Part shown: one piece after another, positions 43,640 through 53,614 of the stretch
How positions within the stretch are numbered: position 1 is the first letter of the stretch
How the letters are laid out: every line of letters starts with the position of its first letter
From: Candidatus Latescibacterota bacterium
GTDB lineage: Bacteria > Latescibacterota > UBA2968 > UBA8231
NCBI GenBank assembly: GCA_965203355.1
Contig: OZ241889.1
Location: 3,264,001-3,328,000 of the forward strand
Direction of reading: 5' to 3'
DNA: 64,000 bases
Made by a program: the position numbers and the translations under genes
The notes under the pieces: model-generated
Seen by the model: the letters and a program-made list of their open reading frames with translations, nothing else
Databases searched by the model: none
Told to the model about the DNA's origin: nothing

Positions 43640-45490
43640 TCAAGGCTCCACGTGGATGTCGGCCAGCGCGGGCGTCTGGGCGATCAAGGTACGCACGCGA
43701 TGCAGATGCCGCTGCCCAGCCTGGCTCAGCGCGGCCTCGCCCCGGACCAGCAAATCGCGCTGCTCCAGCGCATCGGTCGCCAAGTCGAACAACATGGAGC
43801 CGCGCCAACTATAGTTGATGTACTTCCAATCGTCGGCCACAATCGCATAGCCTTTGCGCGACCACTGCACGTGTTCGTCCGTGTTGACCACCACGATCAG
43901 ACGCTCGGGCTCCAGCGGACGCAGGAGCGAGCAGCCGTCCAGTCGCTCCTGCCACGCAACGACCAAGGAATCCGCCGACAGCCCGAGGAGGTCCAGCGCA
44001 GTTGGCACCAAGTCCGTCAGTGCCACCCGCCTCGGCGCGTTCTGACGCAACTGATCCCAACCCGCCCCCAACCGCTGCCGCTGCCGCTCGGGCACGACAG
44101 CAAAAAACGGAACGGCAATCGCCGGCTGATAATACGAATCCGTGCGGTGGAGTTTGTGGACGCCGTCGAGATCTTCGCCGTGGTCGGCCACAAAGAGCAC
44201 CATCGTATTCGCGGCGAGGCCCGCTGCGGCGAGGTAGTCAAACAGCCGTCCGAGCAGATGATCCATGTAGGCCACTGCATTATCATAGCGCCCGTCCGGC
44301 CACGCCTGCCAATCCGGCGGCGCGTAGCCCGGATAATGCGTGCAGTTGAATTGCAGGGCCACCACAAACGGGCCGTGCGCGGCAAAGCGGTCGATGGTTG
44401 CGAGAGTCTCGGCCATCATCCGGCGGTCATCCATCCCCTCGGAGTTGACGATCTCGGCGTCTGAACGCTCCAGCGTAAACACGTGATCGAGCGCGTCATC
44501 GACGAAAAAGCCTTCGAGATTGTTCCAAGCATAGCTCTGCGCCGAGATCAGCGCGGTCTGGTAGCCAGCGGCGTGGGCGTAGTGCCACAGCAGCGGGAAG
44601 GTGTGCTGCTCCACCGGTGGGCGCGACGGGAACAGGCCAGTCAGCATGGCGGGCAGGGCCACTTTAGTCGCCGTGGCATTGGACACGGCCTTTTCCATCT
44701 GTACCCAATCGGCGGGCCGCGCCTGGCGCAATGCCGCCAGCCGGGGCGTGGTTTGCCGCTCGTACCCGTAGATCCCCAGGCGGCTAAACGCAACGCTTTC
44801 CCCAATCACCACGATGAGGTTGGGCGCACTCGCATCTACGGGCGTCCCGCTATAAATCGCCGCCGCCCCCGGGCGGCTCGCTTGCAACAAACGCCCGTGT
44901 ACCCCGCCGACGAGCGCGTGAACGGCCAAGTCAACGGCCAGCTTGGCGGCCGCGGCATCCGGCACCATGATGCTCGCGTGGCGATGCACCGCGCCAAAGG
45001 CCACCACCCCGGCCAAGCCCAGCGCGGCCACCAGGCGACCGGGCACGGGCTGGCCGCCCGGCCGCAACTTGTAGCGCCACCAACCCACCACGAAAACCAC
45101 CACTACCACCCAGACGCCCGCGTCCCCCCAATCGACCTCATTGAGGATATACCCCCAAGCCTCGCGTGGATGGCTGGCCGAATGCACGAGCGCGTAGGCC
45201 GTCGGCCAGCAGTAAAACACGCGGTGAAAGCCAAGCCAAGCCATCGCCAGCCCCGCGACTATCGCGCCGACGCCGAGGACAAACGCGGTTTGCCAGCGCG
45301 GACGCAATCGGCCGCTAAGCGCGAAAAGAGCCTGCCACATCACCAGCGAAAACGCCACCGACAGCCCCCACCACGCCCACTGCATCAAGCGCAAGTCGAG
45401 CGTCGGTCGCAGCCACAGATCGACGGCCACGCCCAATAAGGTGATGGGCAACAAGGGCAACATTTGCTTTCGCCCGGCGAAATCGTCCAT
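43640..45490 (-). CDS. Membrane-anchored sulfatase-fold transferase (EptA/LtaS-like)
   Basis: N-terminal TMs, VVIGES, YGYERQTTP, catalytic-position Thr, ADHGE. Confidence 0.8.
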   Translation of the reverse strand: MDDFAGRKQMLPLLPITLLGVAVDLWLRPTLDLRLMQWAWWGLSVAFSLVMWQALFALSGRLRPRWQTAFVLGVGAIVAGLAMAWLGFHRVFYCWPTAYALVHSASHPREAWGYILNEVDWGDAGVWVVVVVFVVGWWRYKLRPGGQPVPGRLVAALGLAGVVAFGAVHRHASIMVPDAAAAKLAVDLAVHALVGGVHGRLLQASRPGAAAIYSGTPVDASAPNLIVVIGESVAFSRLGIYGYERQTTPRLAALRQARPADWVQMEKAVSNATATKVALPAMLTGLFPSRPPVEQHTFPLLWHYAHAAGYQTALISAQSYAWNNLEGFFVDDALDHVFTLERSDAEIVNSEGMDDRRMMAETLATIDRFAAHGPFVVALQFNCTHYPGYAPPDWQAWPDGRYDNAVAYMDHLLGRLFDYLAAAGLAANTMVLFVADHGEDLDGVHKLHRTDSYYQPAIAVPFFAVVPERQRQRLGAGWDQLRQNAPRRVALTDLVPTALDLLGLSADSLVVAWQERLDGCSLLRPLEPERLIVVVNTDEHVQWSRKGYAIVADDWKYINYSWRGSMLFDLATDALEQRDLLVRGEAALSQAGQRHLHRVRTLIAQTPALADIHVEP

Positions 45491-45553
45491 CAGAACCTAG
45501 CGATCATCGCGTTCTCCCGCTTCGCCGCAGTTTATTCGGGGTTACAAGAAGCC

Positions 45554-46675
45554 TTAGTGCGCGACCGAGCCGTCGGCGTGGAAATGGCCCTTAATCGCCC
45601 AGCGCTCGTACGGGTATTTCGCCAGCGCATCCTCGACTATTTCAATCCCGATCCCCGGCCGATTGGTCAATAGCCGATAGCCGCCCTCGACCCGTAGTTG
45701 CTCATCGACGATCTCGGCCAGCGGCCCGTTGAGGGCATTGTGCTCGGTGTGCGTGTAGTTGGGAATGGCCGCGGCCAGGTGCGCGAAAGCCGCGTTGTTG
45801 ATGGGGCTACCCATCAGATGCGGAAAAATGCCCACAAAAGCCGCCTCGGCCAGCGCGGCAATTTTCTTCACCTGTGTGAATCCGCCCGCCAACGACACGT
45901 CTGGCCGAATCAGACTGACCACCTGGCGGTCGATCAGATCCTTGAACTGAAAAATGTTGTAACACCGCTCGCCGGTGGCGATGGGGATGTTGATGTGGCG
46001 GGCGACGTATTCTAACGCCTCCAAGCTCTGCGGCGCCAATGGGTCTTCGTAGTACAGTATTTTGAACGGCGCCAATTCGGTCGCCAAGACAATGGCTTCC
46101 TCCGGCCGCAAGTTCCGGTGGATCTCCAACCCCAAATCCACCTCATCCCCAAGCACCTCGCGCGCCGCCGCGACCAATTCCACGGCCAGCGAAATGTTGG
46201 CCGTGCTGGTGCGTTGCTCAAACCCGCGGACAAACGGCGTCATCCGCAATGACGTAAACCCCTGCGCCATCCGCTGCTGCGCACACGCCCGCACTTCCGC
46301 AGCCGTATCCCCGCTGATATTCTCGAACAACTTTACCTTGTCGCGGCACTTGCCGCCCAGCAATTGGTACACGGGCAAACCCATGGCCTGGCCGAATAGA
46401 TCCCACAGCGCAATGTCGATCGCACTCAGCGCCGCACTCAGCGCCGCCCCCATGAAGTGCGCGGACCGCGACACCACCTGATAGTGGTGCTCCATGTGCA
46501 GCGGATCCTTGCCCACGTAGTAATCGCTCAACTCGTCCAGTGCTTCTTTCACCACCCGGTGATGCGCCCACAACCCAGCTTCCCCATTGCCGACGATTCC
46601 TTCGTCTGTATAGACCCGCACCAACAAAAACCGGCCCACCAAAAACGCCCGAATCTCCGTGATTTTCATTTTCAT
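45554..46675 (-). CDS. Mandelate racemase/galactonate dehydratase-like enolase superfamily protein
   Basis: SAIDIALWD, LLGG, EIH, EDP, ATGE, RPD, PGIG. Confidence 0.88.
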   Translation of the reverse strand: MKMKITEIRAFLVGRFLLVRVYTDEGIVGNGEAGLWAHHRVVKEALDELSDYYVGKDPLHMEHHYQVVSRSAHFMGAALSAALSAIDIALWDLFGQAMGLPVYQLLGGKCRDKVKLFENISGDTAAEVRACAQQRMAQGFTSLRMTPFVRGFEQRTSTANISLAVELVAAAREVLGDEVDLGLEIHRNLRPEEAIVLATELAPFKILYYEDPLAPQSLEALEYVARHINIPIATGERCYNIFQFKDLIDRQVVSLIRPDVSLAGGFTQVKKIAALAEAAFVGIFPHLMGSPINNAAFAHLAAAIPNYTHTEHNALNGPLAEIVDEQLRVEGGYRLLTNRPGIGIEIVEDALAKYPYERWAIKGHFHADGSVAH

Positions 46676-46679
46676 TTCC

Positions 46680-47438
46680 TCAAGCCTTTTGGGCCGCGTC
46701 AAAAAGCGAGGGCCGTGCATGGAAATACGGCGGCTCAAAAAGCAACCCCTGCCGCTCGGTCAAGGCCACGCCCGCTGGCGGCGCAATGTGGTGTTTAGAC
46801 CACGACTGCTGCCCTGGACTGTACTTGAACAACAGCGAGCGCCGCTGATGTGCAGCTCGCCACGGTGCCGTGCCGTGCGTCAGTGCCTCGGTAAAAATTA
46901 CCACGGACCCGGCTTTTGCCTCCGGCACTACGACGCACCCGGCCTCGACATGAGCCTCGCGGATTTCCTGCGGACAGGGGTAGTTGACCTTGTGGCTGCC
47001 CGGAATACAGCAAAAACCACCCTGTACTGGCCCGGTGTCGGCCAAGTTCCAAGAAACCACTGTCAGCCCATTGTACATCTTTCCATTGCGGAAGTGGTAG
47101 TACTCTGGCGGGTCATAGGGCGTGTTGCCGCCGTGCAACCCGAGCCGCTCAGCACCGGCCTTTAGGTAGATCGCATAGTAGTGATCAAGCCGGAAGCCGT
47201 CGCCTAAAATCACTTTGAGCAGGGGCATGACGCGCTCGTGGTCCAGCAAATCGACAAAGGGCTGGCCCCACGTCAAAAAGCCGCCGGTGTGCAGCCGCCC
47301 TCGCGCCTGTTCGACATCCGCGTCCATCGCTTGAGCGTCAATCAGCCGATTTAGCTCGGCGACAGCTTGGGCGTCCAACACGTCTTCGATGATCAGATAA
47401 CCCTGAAGGTCAAACAGATATTGCTCTACTTCGGTCAT
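46680..47438 (-). CDS. PhyH-family dioxygenase
   Basis: FDLQGY, LHGG, IPGSHK, TEALTHG. Confidence 0.85.
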   Translation of the reverse strand: MTEVEQYLFDLQGYLIIEDVLDAQAVAELNRLIDAQAMDADVEQARGRLHTGGFLTWGQPFVDLLDHERVMPLLKVILGDGFRLDHYYAIYLKAGAERLGLHGGNTPYDPPEYYHFRNGKMYNGLTVVSWNLADTGPVQGGFCCIPGSHKVNYPCPQEIREAHVEAGCVVVPEAKAGSVVIFTEALTHGTAPWRAAHQRRSLLFKYSPGQQSWSKHHIAPPAGVALTERQGLLFEPPYFHARPSLFDAAQKA

Positions 47439-47626
47439 GGATAGTGGCTCCTGGTTGGGTGGTCATGTGAGCGGGACGCATGCGTGCGACTATGACGGGT
47501 TCGTTAGGAGGTAGGGGTGTGATTTAAGCGGGCTTAAGATACAGCGGACGGACCCTCAGAATTCCCTATGGTATTAGGCCGTAGAACACATATACAAGGC
47601 AGTCTATCCGACTCCCGGCAACCCCT

Positions 47627-48094
47627 CTATCGAACAGGTGTTTCTGCGGCATTTTGTTCCCGTTCGGCGCGGCGTGAACGAGAGCCATACACGAAACATC
47701 CGGCCAATCCAACAAGGTCCAGTCCTACAAGCACCCCTCCTGCCCAATCATGCCCATTGTCAATAATATAAATGCCACCAAGAAGCCCCGTCATCGAGAG
47801 TATGAAGCCAAAAACTAGCCCCAGATGACTCCGTCGAGAGTCCCCTGTAATAACTGTTTTTTCTATTTGGATACGATGCGCTGTTTGTCCTTCAGCCATC
47901 TCCAAGATTCTATTCGCCGCACCTGGGACTAGATCTTCATATTTTTGCAACACTTCCGGCGGCGGGATAGGGCCTGCCCAGACTTCAGTGGCACTAACAG
48001 TCATCTGCGTCTGTTTGTCTTGAGACGCAACGGAATTAGTCTGCCGCTCAGCAGGCCGACTCTTGGTTTTGCTCCTTTGCTTTCTTTTACTCAT
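47627..48094 (-). CDS. DUF2335 membrane protein
   Basis: GPIPPPEVL.KY...PGAANRILEMAE...HR plus two TM helices. Confidence 0.85.
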   Translation of the reverse strand: MSKRKQRSKTKSRPAERQTNSVASQDKQTQMTVSATEVWAGPIPPPEVLQKYEDLVPGAANRILEMAEGQTAHRIQIEKTVITGDSRRSHLGLVFGFILSMTGLLGGIYIIDNGHDWAGGVLVGLDLVGLAGCFVYGSRSRRAEREQNAAETPVR

Positions 48095-48123
48095 TCTGTC
48101 CTACCGTGCCAGCGGCCCCTGCT

Positions 48124-48381
48124 CTATTCGCCGACCGAAACGCCTTCCTCCTCAATCGCAAGATCGGGGCAATGTTCGGCCTCTGCTGCCTCAAATTCGG
48201 CGACCGCGTTACGAAAGTCCAAGCCAATCATAGCCCAGTCCCTTGCTATAGCGGCATAGTCCGCTTCCGCACCGCTTGAATACGATTTGTACTCATTTAG
48301 ACTGTTGCCGAAGTCCATAAGACGCGCTATCCCCTCCAGAAATGACGGCCTCGGACCTAAGCAATAACTATACCGCTCCAT
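48124..48381 (-). CDS. Small hypothetical protein upstream of DUF2335
   Basis: PSFLEGIAR.MD...AD..AIARDW..IG.D; co-oriented with DUF2335. Confidence 0.7.
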   Translation of the reverse strand: MERYSYCLGPRPSFLEGIARLMDFGNSLNEYKSYSSGAEADYAAIARDWAMIGLDFRNAVAEFEAAEAEHCPDLAIEEEGVSVGE

Positions 48382-48552
48382 TTTATAACTCCCTATTCTT
48401 ACAGTGTTTATGCGTTAGCTACAGGCTTATTTCAAGTAATTCATACTACTTTTTCGCTTGCCACCTGTCAAGCGCGGTCTCGTTTTGCCTCATCGCTGCC
48501 AATGATGGGGGCCAACTCGATCAGACTCTATAGAAAATCACAGATATGGTGG

Positions 48553-48918
48553 TCAATTATCGCTCAAGGACTTCTCAAGATCTTCTACTGCTTCTATTGC
48601 CTCGGCAATCTCTTTCTTGACCGGATTGATAGTACTGTCGTGGCTGAGCGGATTTAAAATGATCTTTCGGTACAGTTCAATCTTTTCAATGAGTTCTTTT
48701 TTTAATAAACCTTTGCATTTTATCGGACGCCAAAAATCTTCAAATTGGTGAGAGCTGACGGCGGATTCCAAGAATAGCTTCAACGCCATATACAGCGATG
48801 ACTTTCCACTACCGTTTTCACCGTAAATGAGCAGGTTCTTTCCAGCCTTGTGTAGGTTGATTTGGTACGACCCGTAGAAGGCTCTGAAGTTTTTAATTTC
48901 AATCTCTGTAATTCTCAT
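48553..48918 (-). pseudogene. Internally deleted ABC-ATPase-HEPN (RloC/PrrC-like) gene
   Basis: IKNFRAF...GENGSGKSS joined within 121 aa to RKIILNPLSH; no Walker B. Confidence 0.6.
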
Positions 48919-50047
48919 GTCTTGCCCTCAATGATGCGAATGATTTCCAAACTATCGAGAAAGAAAAGATTCTTCCTCACGGGATGCTCTTTGTCAAACA
49001 GCCGCTCAAAAATATCGCGTAGCGCGGGCATCTTATCGTCAGCCATATCCTCGATTGAAGGAAGTTTTTCGTCCAATAGCGGCTTGGAGAAGTACTTGCC
49101 GGCACTATGGAGTTCATCCATCAGATAGAGTTCGTAAACCAACCCGTCAATGATCTGCTCAAAGTACTTGACCATGAGATAATCGCGGGCGTGGGATAGA
49201 TTTTTGCCGTCAGTGCATGGCTGCTGCTGCTTGAGATAGATGATGTAATCCACCATATTAACGATGGGATGTTGATGAGAGCCTTCTAAATTTGGAAATT
49301 TTAATGAGTTCAATTCTCCTGCGGATACTTGGGTATTGCTGTTGATATGTCTAAAAACGAAGTCAGTAAACTTCGAGTTCAAAATTCCCAGCACGAATTT
49401 CAAGGATACGTCTTTGGTTTGTGTAATTAGATAGGATGTATGGTTCTCTGTCTGAATAGGATAACCAAAAGTGTGAGGCGAAAATAAGTGAGCAATTATA
49501 CGTCGCTCTTGTTCCACAGAAGTAGTTCTTTGTACGATGATAGTATCATGCGTAATGGGCTGATGTTTTTCTAGTCGTTCGTTTATATAGATTCTATCTG
49601 CTCGTTTTCTCGCTTCACTATAACAATATCGTTGAACGTTTTCAGCCCAGATAAGTCGTGTCGAGATAGAAAGCGGAGTATCTCCCAAAACAGACTTGTA
49701 TAAATCCCACTGTATCTTCCCTGTTGTAAAAGATAAGCTATATTCTTTGAGGGATTTGAGTTTTCTAAGTCTTTTAAAAACTTCATATACTTGGTAGTTA
49801 TTCCCAACGATGAACAACGGGGTATTGTTTTGAGAATATAAAAAATCCTCTTGCGAAACTTCTATCCAATTTTTTTCTGAAATATCTTCTTTCCTTAATA
49901 TACTTTTCACTCTGATCGGATCGATAATACCCGTATTCTGAAAGCTGTTCACAATACAAGACTGCAATACGGACTTAAATACATTTCGACGATCGACAAT
50001 ATTCAAAATAGATCTAATTTGGCTGTGTTTCAAGACAAAAGTTCTAA
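48915..50047 (-). pseudogene. 3' part (TRD region) of the IS-interrupted type IIG R-M gene
   Basis: LGILNSK, ELNSLKFP, IIDGLVYELY; in frame with the 5' part once the IS is removed. Confidence 0.85.
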
Positions 50048-50975
50048 GAAGCGTTTTTAAAATTCATTTTTTTTAGCGATTCGCTTGAGTATCAAATGGA
50101 TCATCGCGATTTGGATAAAGGCTTCACTATTGCAAGTTAGGTGCTCGTAGTCTTTGGCATGGACTCGATAGTTGAGTAGCCAAGCAAACGTTCGTTCGAC
50201 GACCCAACGACGAGGGAGCACCTCAAAGCCGGAGCCTTGTCTGGATACGACTTCAAGGTCTATTTTGTGCGTTTTTTTTTTGAGCCACCCATTGCCTAAG
50301 CGGCGCGCCTTTATAGGCTCCATCCACCCACAGCTTGCGTAACCTTTGTACCGTGGGTGAAAAGTAGGTTTTCAACAAGGTCTTCAAGCCGTCGGCATCC
50401 GAGGTCGAAGCAGCGGTCACCACACACTCAATCAGACGACCCTCGGTGTCGACCAACAGATGGCGTTTGCGTCCTTTAACCTTCTTGCCGGCATCGTATC
50501 CAACACTTTTACCTTGGGTGGCCGTGGTAACGCTCTGCGCGTCCACGATCCCCGCCGACGGGGTCGGTGCCCGGCCGTGCTGGATGCGATCCTGCCTGGT
50601 TAGGGCGTCGAGTATCTGTGGCCAAACCCCTTGTTGACGCCAGCGATTGAAGTAGCCATACACCGTTTGCCAAGGCCCAAAACACCGCGGCAGCATCGGC
50701 CAAGGACACCCGGTTTTAGCCCGATACAGTAGACCATTCATCACCAAACGCACCGCCCGAGGTGGCCGACCCGGACCCCCTTGACGCCAACGGCCCCGAG
50801 GCAGCAGACGAGCAAGTAACAGCCATTGTGCATCGGTCAAATCCGTCGCATATTCTACACCGGGCGTACCCATATATAACCCCCCTTTCAGGCTTTGTGA
50901 TGAAACCTAAAGGTCGGTTCATGGGTACGTCCTTTCAAGGGAAAATCAACTAAAAGTGAATTTTAAAAAGGCTTC
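50048..50975 (-). mobile_element. IS5-family insertion sequence (IS1031-like), 928 bp
   Basis: 19-bp IRs GAAGC(G/C)TTTTTAAAATTCA, TAA target duplication at 50045-47 and 50976-78, DDE transposase. Confidence 0.93.
50057..50873 (-). CDS. IS5 transposase split by a frameshift at an A10 run (50272-50281)
   Basis: [35 protein letters not shown], then [11 protein letters not shown] in another frame. Confidence 0.88.
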
Positions 50976-53481
50976 TAAGTGCTGAGCAATAACTATCGGT
51001 AAGCAATGTTCTTGGGTTAATAAAAATCAACATCCCATTGTTCGCTAACAAATCACTCAACCCACGGTGAATAAAATAGCCATAAAGATTGGGACGACCA
51101 TAGACACTTTCGCTATAAATTTTGCGCAACTTTTTGTCTTTACTCACCACGTAAGGCGGATTACCAATCACCACATCAAATCCATCAGCAACCCCAAACA
51201 TGTACTCAGCATCAAACCAATCGGCCTTATCATTTTGATTATAGGGGTTCCAATGGGCGATCTTGTCCGCGTCATCTAGGGGAAGCCCGGCCGATTTTAG
51301 TTCCCTCGCCAGCATCCCGCGCAACCGCTTGTCCTCGCTTCTGCAAGCTAATTTCTTCCGGCGCGTGGTCGCGTGAAAATGCTGCTCTCGATTGTCTCCT
51401 AGCTTCTTTTTTAGCTCCTCAATCTGTTGGCGGAATAAGTCCAGTTGATCTGCTTCTTCGATCCTCAACAGCGTGTTCGCCGCCACAAAGCGCGTCTCCA
51501 AGTTCGGCAATGGCTTGATGCCAAAATTCTCCGCGTTGAGATCGCGATCCTGCTCAATCGCTAGCGAAATGAAAAAGCGCAACTTGGCGATCTGGCAGGC
51601 GATAGGCTGAATATCCACGCCGAAAATGCTGTTCTGAATGAGATACAGCTTGCGTCCGAAATCTCCTGAATACCGCGCAAAAGTTTCGCTAATATCCAAC
51701 AACTCCGCATCTCGTTCCTGCTGATCTCGATCCTCAAACGCCTGGATCGCCCGTTCTTTGGCTCGCTCCTTTTGCAGTGCTTCCCAGCGTTCATTGTCAG
51801 GGTCGATTCGCTGCAACGCCAAAGTCAGCTTATGCAGTACGCCCATGGGAAATGCACCGGTGCCAACAGCCGGGTCCAGCACTTTGACCTCGGCAATCGC
51901 CTGTACAAGACACTCTGATTCTTCTTCCTCAAAAAGCTCGTTGGCGTCGTCGAATGTATCCTCATAATCCAGCAGATAATGCAAGCGTTCTTTCCAGAAG
52001 GCCATGTCACCATCGTTCGGATAGCATTTTTCTGCCAAGGTCGCCACTAACGCTTCTTCCGCCATATAATCCACGACGACACGCGGTGTGTAGTACGATC
52101 CAGTCTGCTTGCGGGCTGTCTCACGTGTTTCTGGATTGTATGTTGCCAGCAAGTTCTCAAAGATATTGCCGAGTAATTCCGGATCCAGAGCGACTTCTTG
52201 CTCTATGGGCGTGTTCTCCTCCACCGTGAACTTGTACTTGTTGAATAAGGTGATTAGCCCCTCGGTGCCGAAAAACAAGCGATTGGGAACGGATAGCAAC
52301 TTGCGATGACTCGGATTGTCGGAAAAGCAGTCGATGCGGTAGCCACCATCGCCGGTCGCCGCTTCACTGTCGAGGCAGTCAAACAAGCCGCCGTTGATGA
52401 AAGGGGTCTGAGCAAACAAGTCCAATAGCGCATCGGGATCGTTGATTTCTTTTTTATAGCGATAGCGAGAAAAATTGCGGTGTGTAGTGTTGCTTACTTT
52501 GCTAAAGTCGCGCTTGCTAATTTCCGTGTTCAGGGTGGCGAAAAACAGATTTTGCAACACGGCGCGGTAATAAGAATCCCCGGTGTCGCGGTCGTAATTT
52601 TTCAGCAGTTGGCCGATTTGTTTCTCAACGAATAGCTCTTCGGCGACCAGCCCTTTTTCTTTAATGAACCAGACAAAGAGCAGACGGGTAATGAGGCGAA
52701 TGACGTGTTCCTCCGGCGGGAGCGTTCGCTGCTGATTGTTCGGAAAAGTCGCCTGACTGACAGCACGCTCAAACCAAGCGAATAGGTCTTGGTAGAACTT
52801 CCGGTTCAGTTCCTCAGTGTCCAGCGCGTCCAACCAAGCAGCTAGCAACCCGTCAAAATTCATTGGATGGCCGTTGTCACCCATCCAATGCAGCCGTTTT
52901 TCCAACACAAGGTCGCCGAGAATTTCCAAGTGAGCGCGATGCGGATCGCTCAAATCTATCTGCCGCACGAGCGCAACGCTGCCGAGCACATCGCGCTCCG
53001 GGTTGCGCTTGTTCTCGCGGCGATAGACAAAAGCGAGCGTCAGCAGATCGCTGGTGGTCTTGAATAGAACGACGGTGGGTATGAGAAATCGCTTGTTGAT
53101 CTCGCGCGTGAACAGGGCATACTCGCTGCGAGCGTAATTCGCCCCGCTCAACTCCACTGCCACAAAGAGAAAGCTCTTGCTGTTGCCGCTATCAAAATCG
53201 TCGATTGTAGGCCCACTCCCCCCAGCCGCGATTTCCGCGTCCGTTAGCTGAAAGACGATATGCGCGGATGCAGCACTGCTGCGAAACGCCGCCTCTGACT
53301 GCGTGTTGGGTGTTGTGGATGGCAGCGCGGCGAGAAAAGCATCTACATCGCCGGAAAGCGGAATCGTCTTCGCGCTCTCGTAGCCCAGCGCATTAAGCAA
53401 CTTCTGCGTTGCCGCCATGAAGTCGGTCTCTAGCATGGCGGCCAGCGCAGCCGTAATTCGGTTTATGCTCGAGTCATTCAT
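50976..53481 (-). pseudogene. 5' part of a type IIG (Eco57I-like) restriction-modification enzyme
   Basis: NGGLF, GSYYTP, DPAVGTGAF, GVDI, GNPPY. Confidence 0.9.
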
Positions 53482-53614
53482 TGTCTATAATACGCTCAGC
53501 CAATATGGACTAGGACAAATTGCACACCAAGCCGCCAATTGACAAGAATTAGCTACGCGCTTTAATGTACTTAAAACGTTCAACCTCCACTTCTTCCCTA
53601 TTTAAGGACTAGCC

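Noticed and set aside
47439-47626. Possible ncRNA or riboswitch in the intergenic region
   Set aside because: No recognisable consensus; would need an Infernal scan
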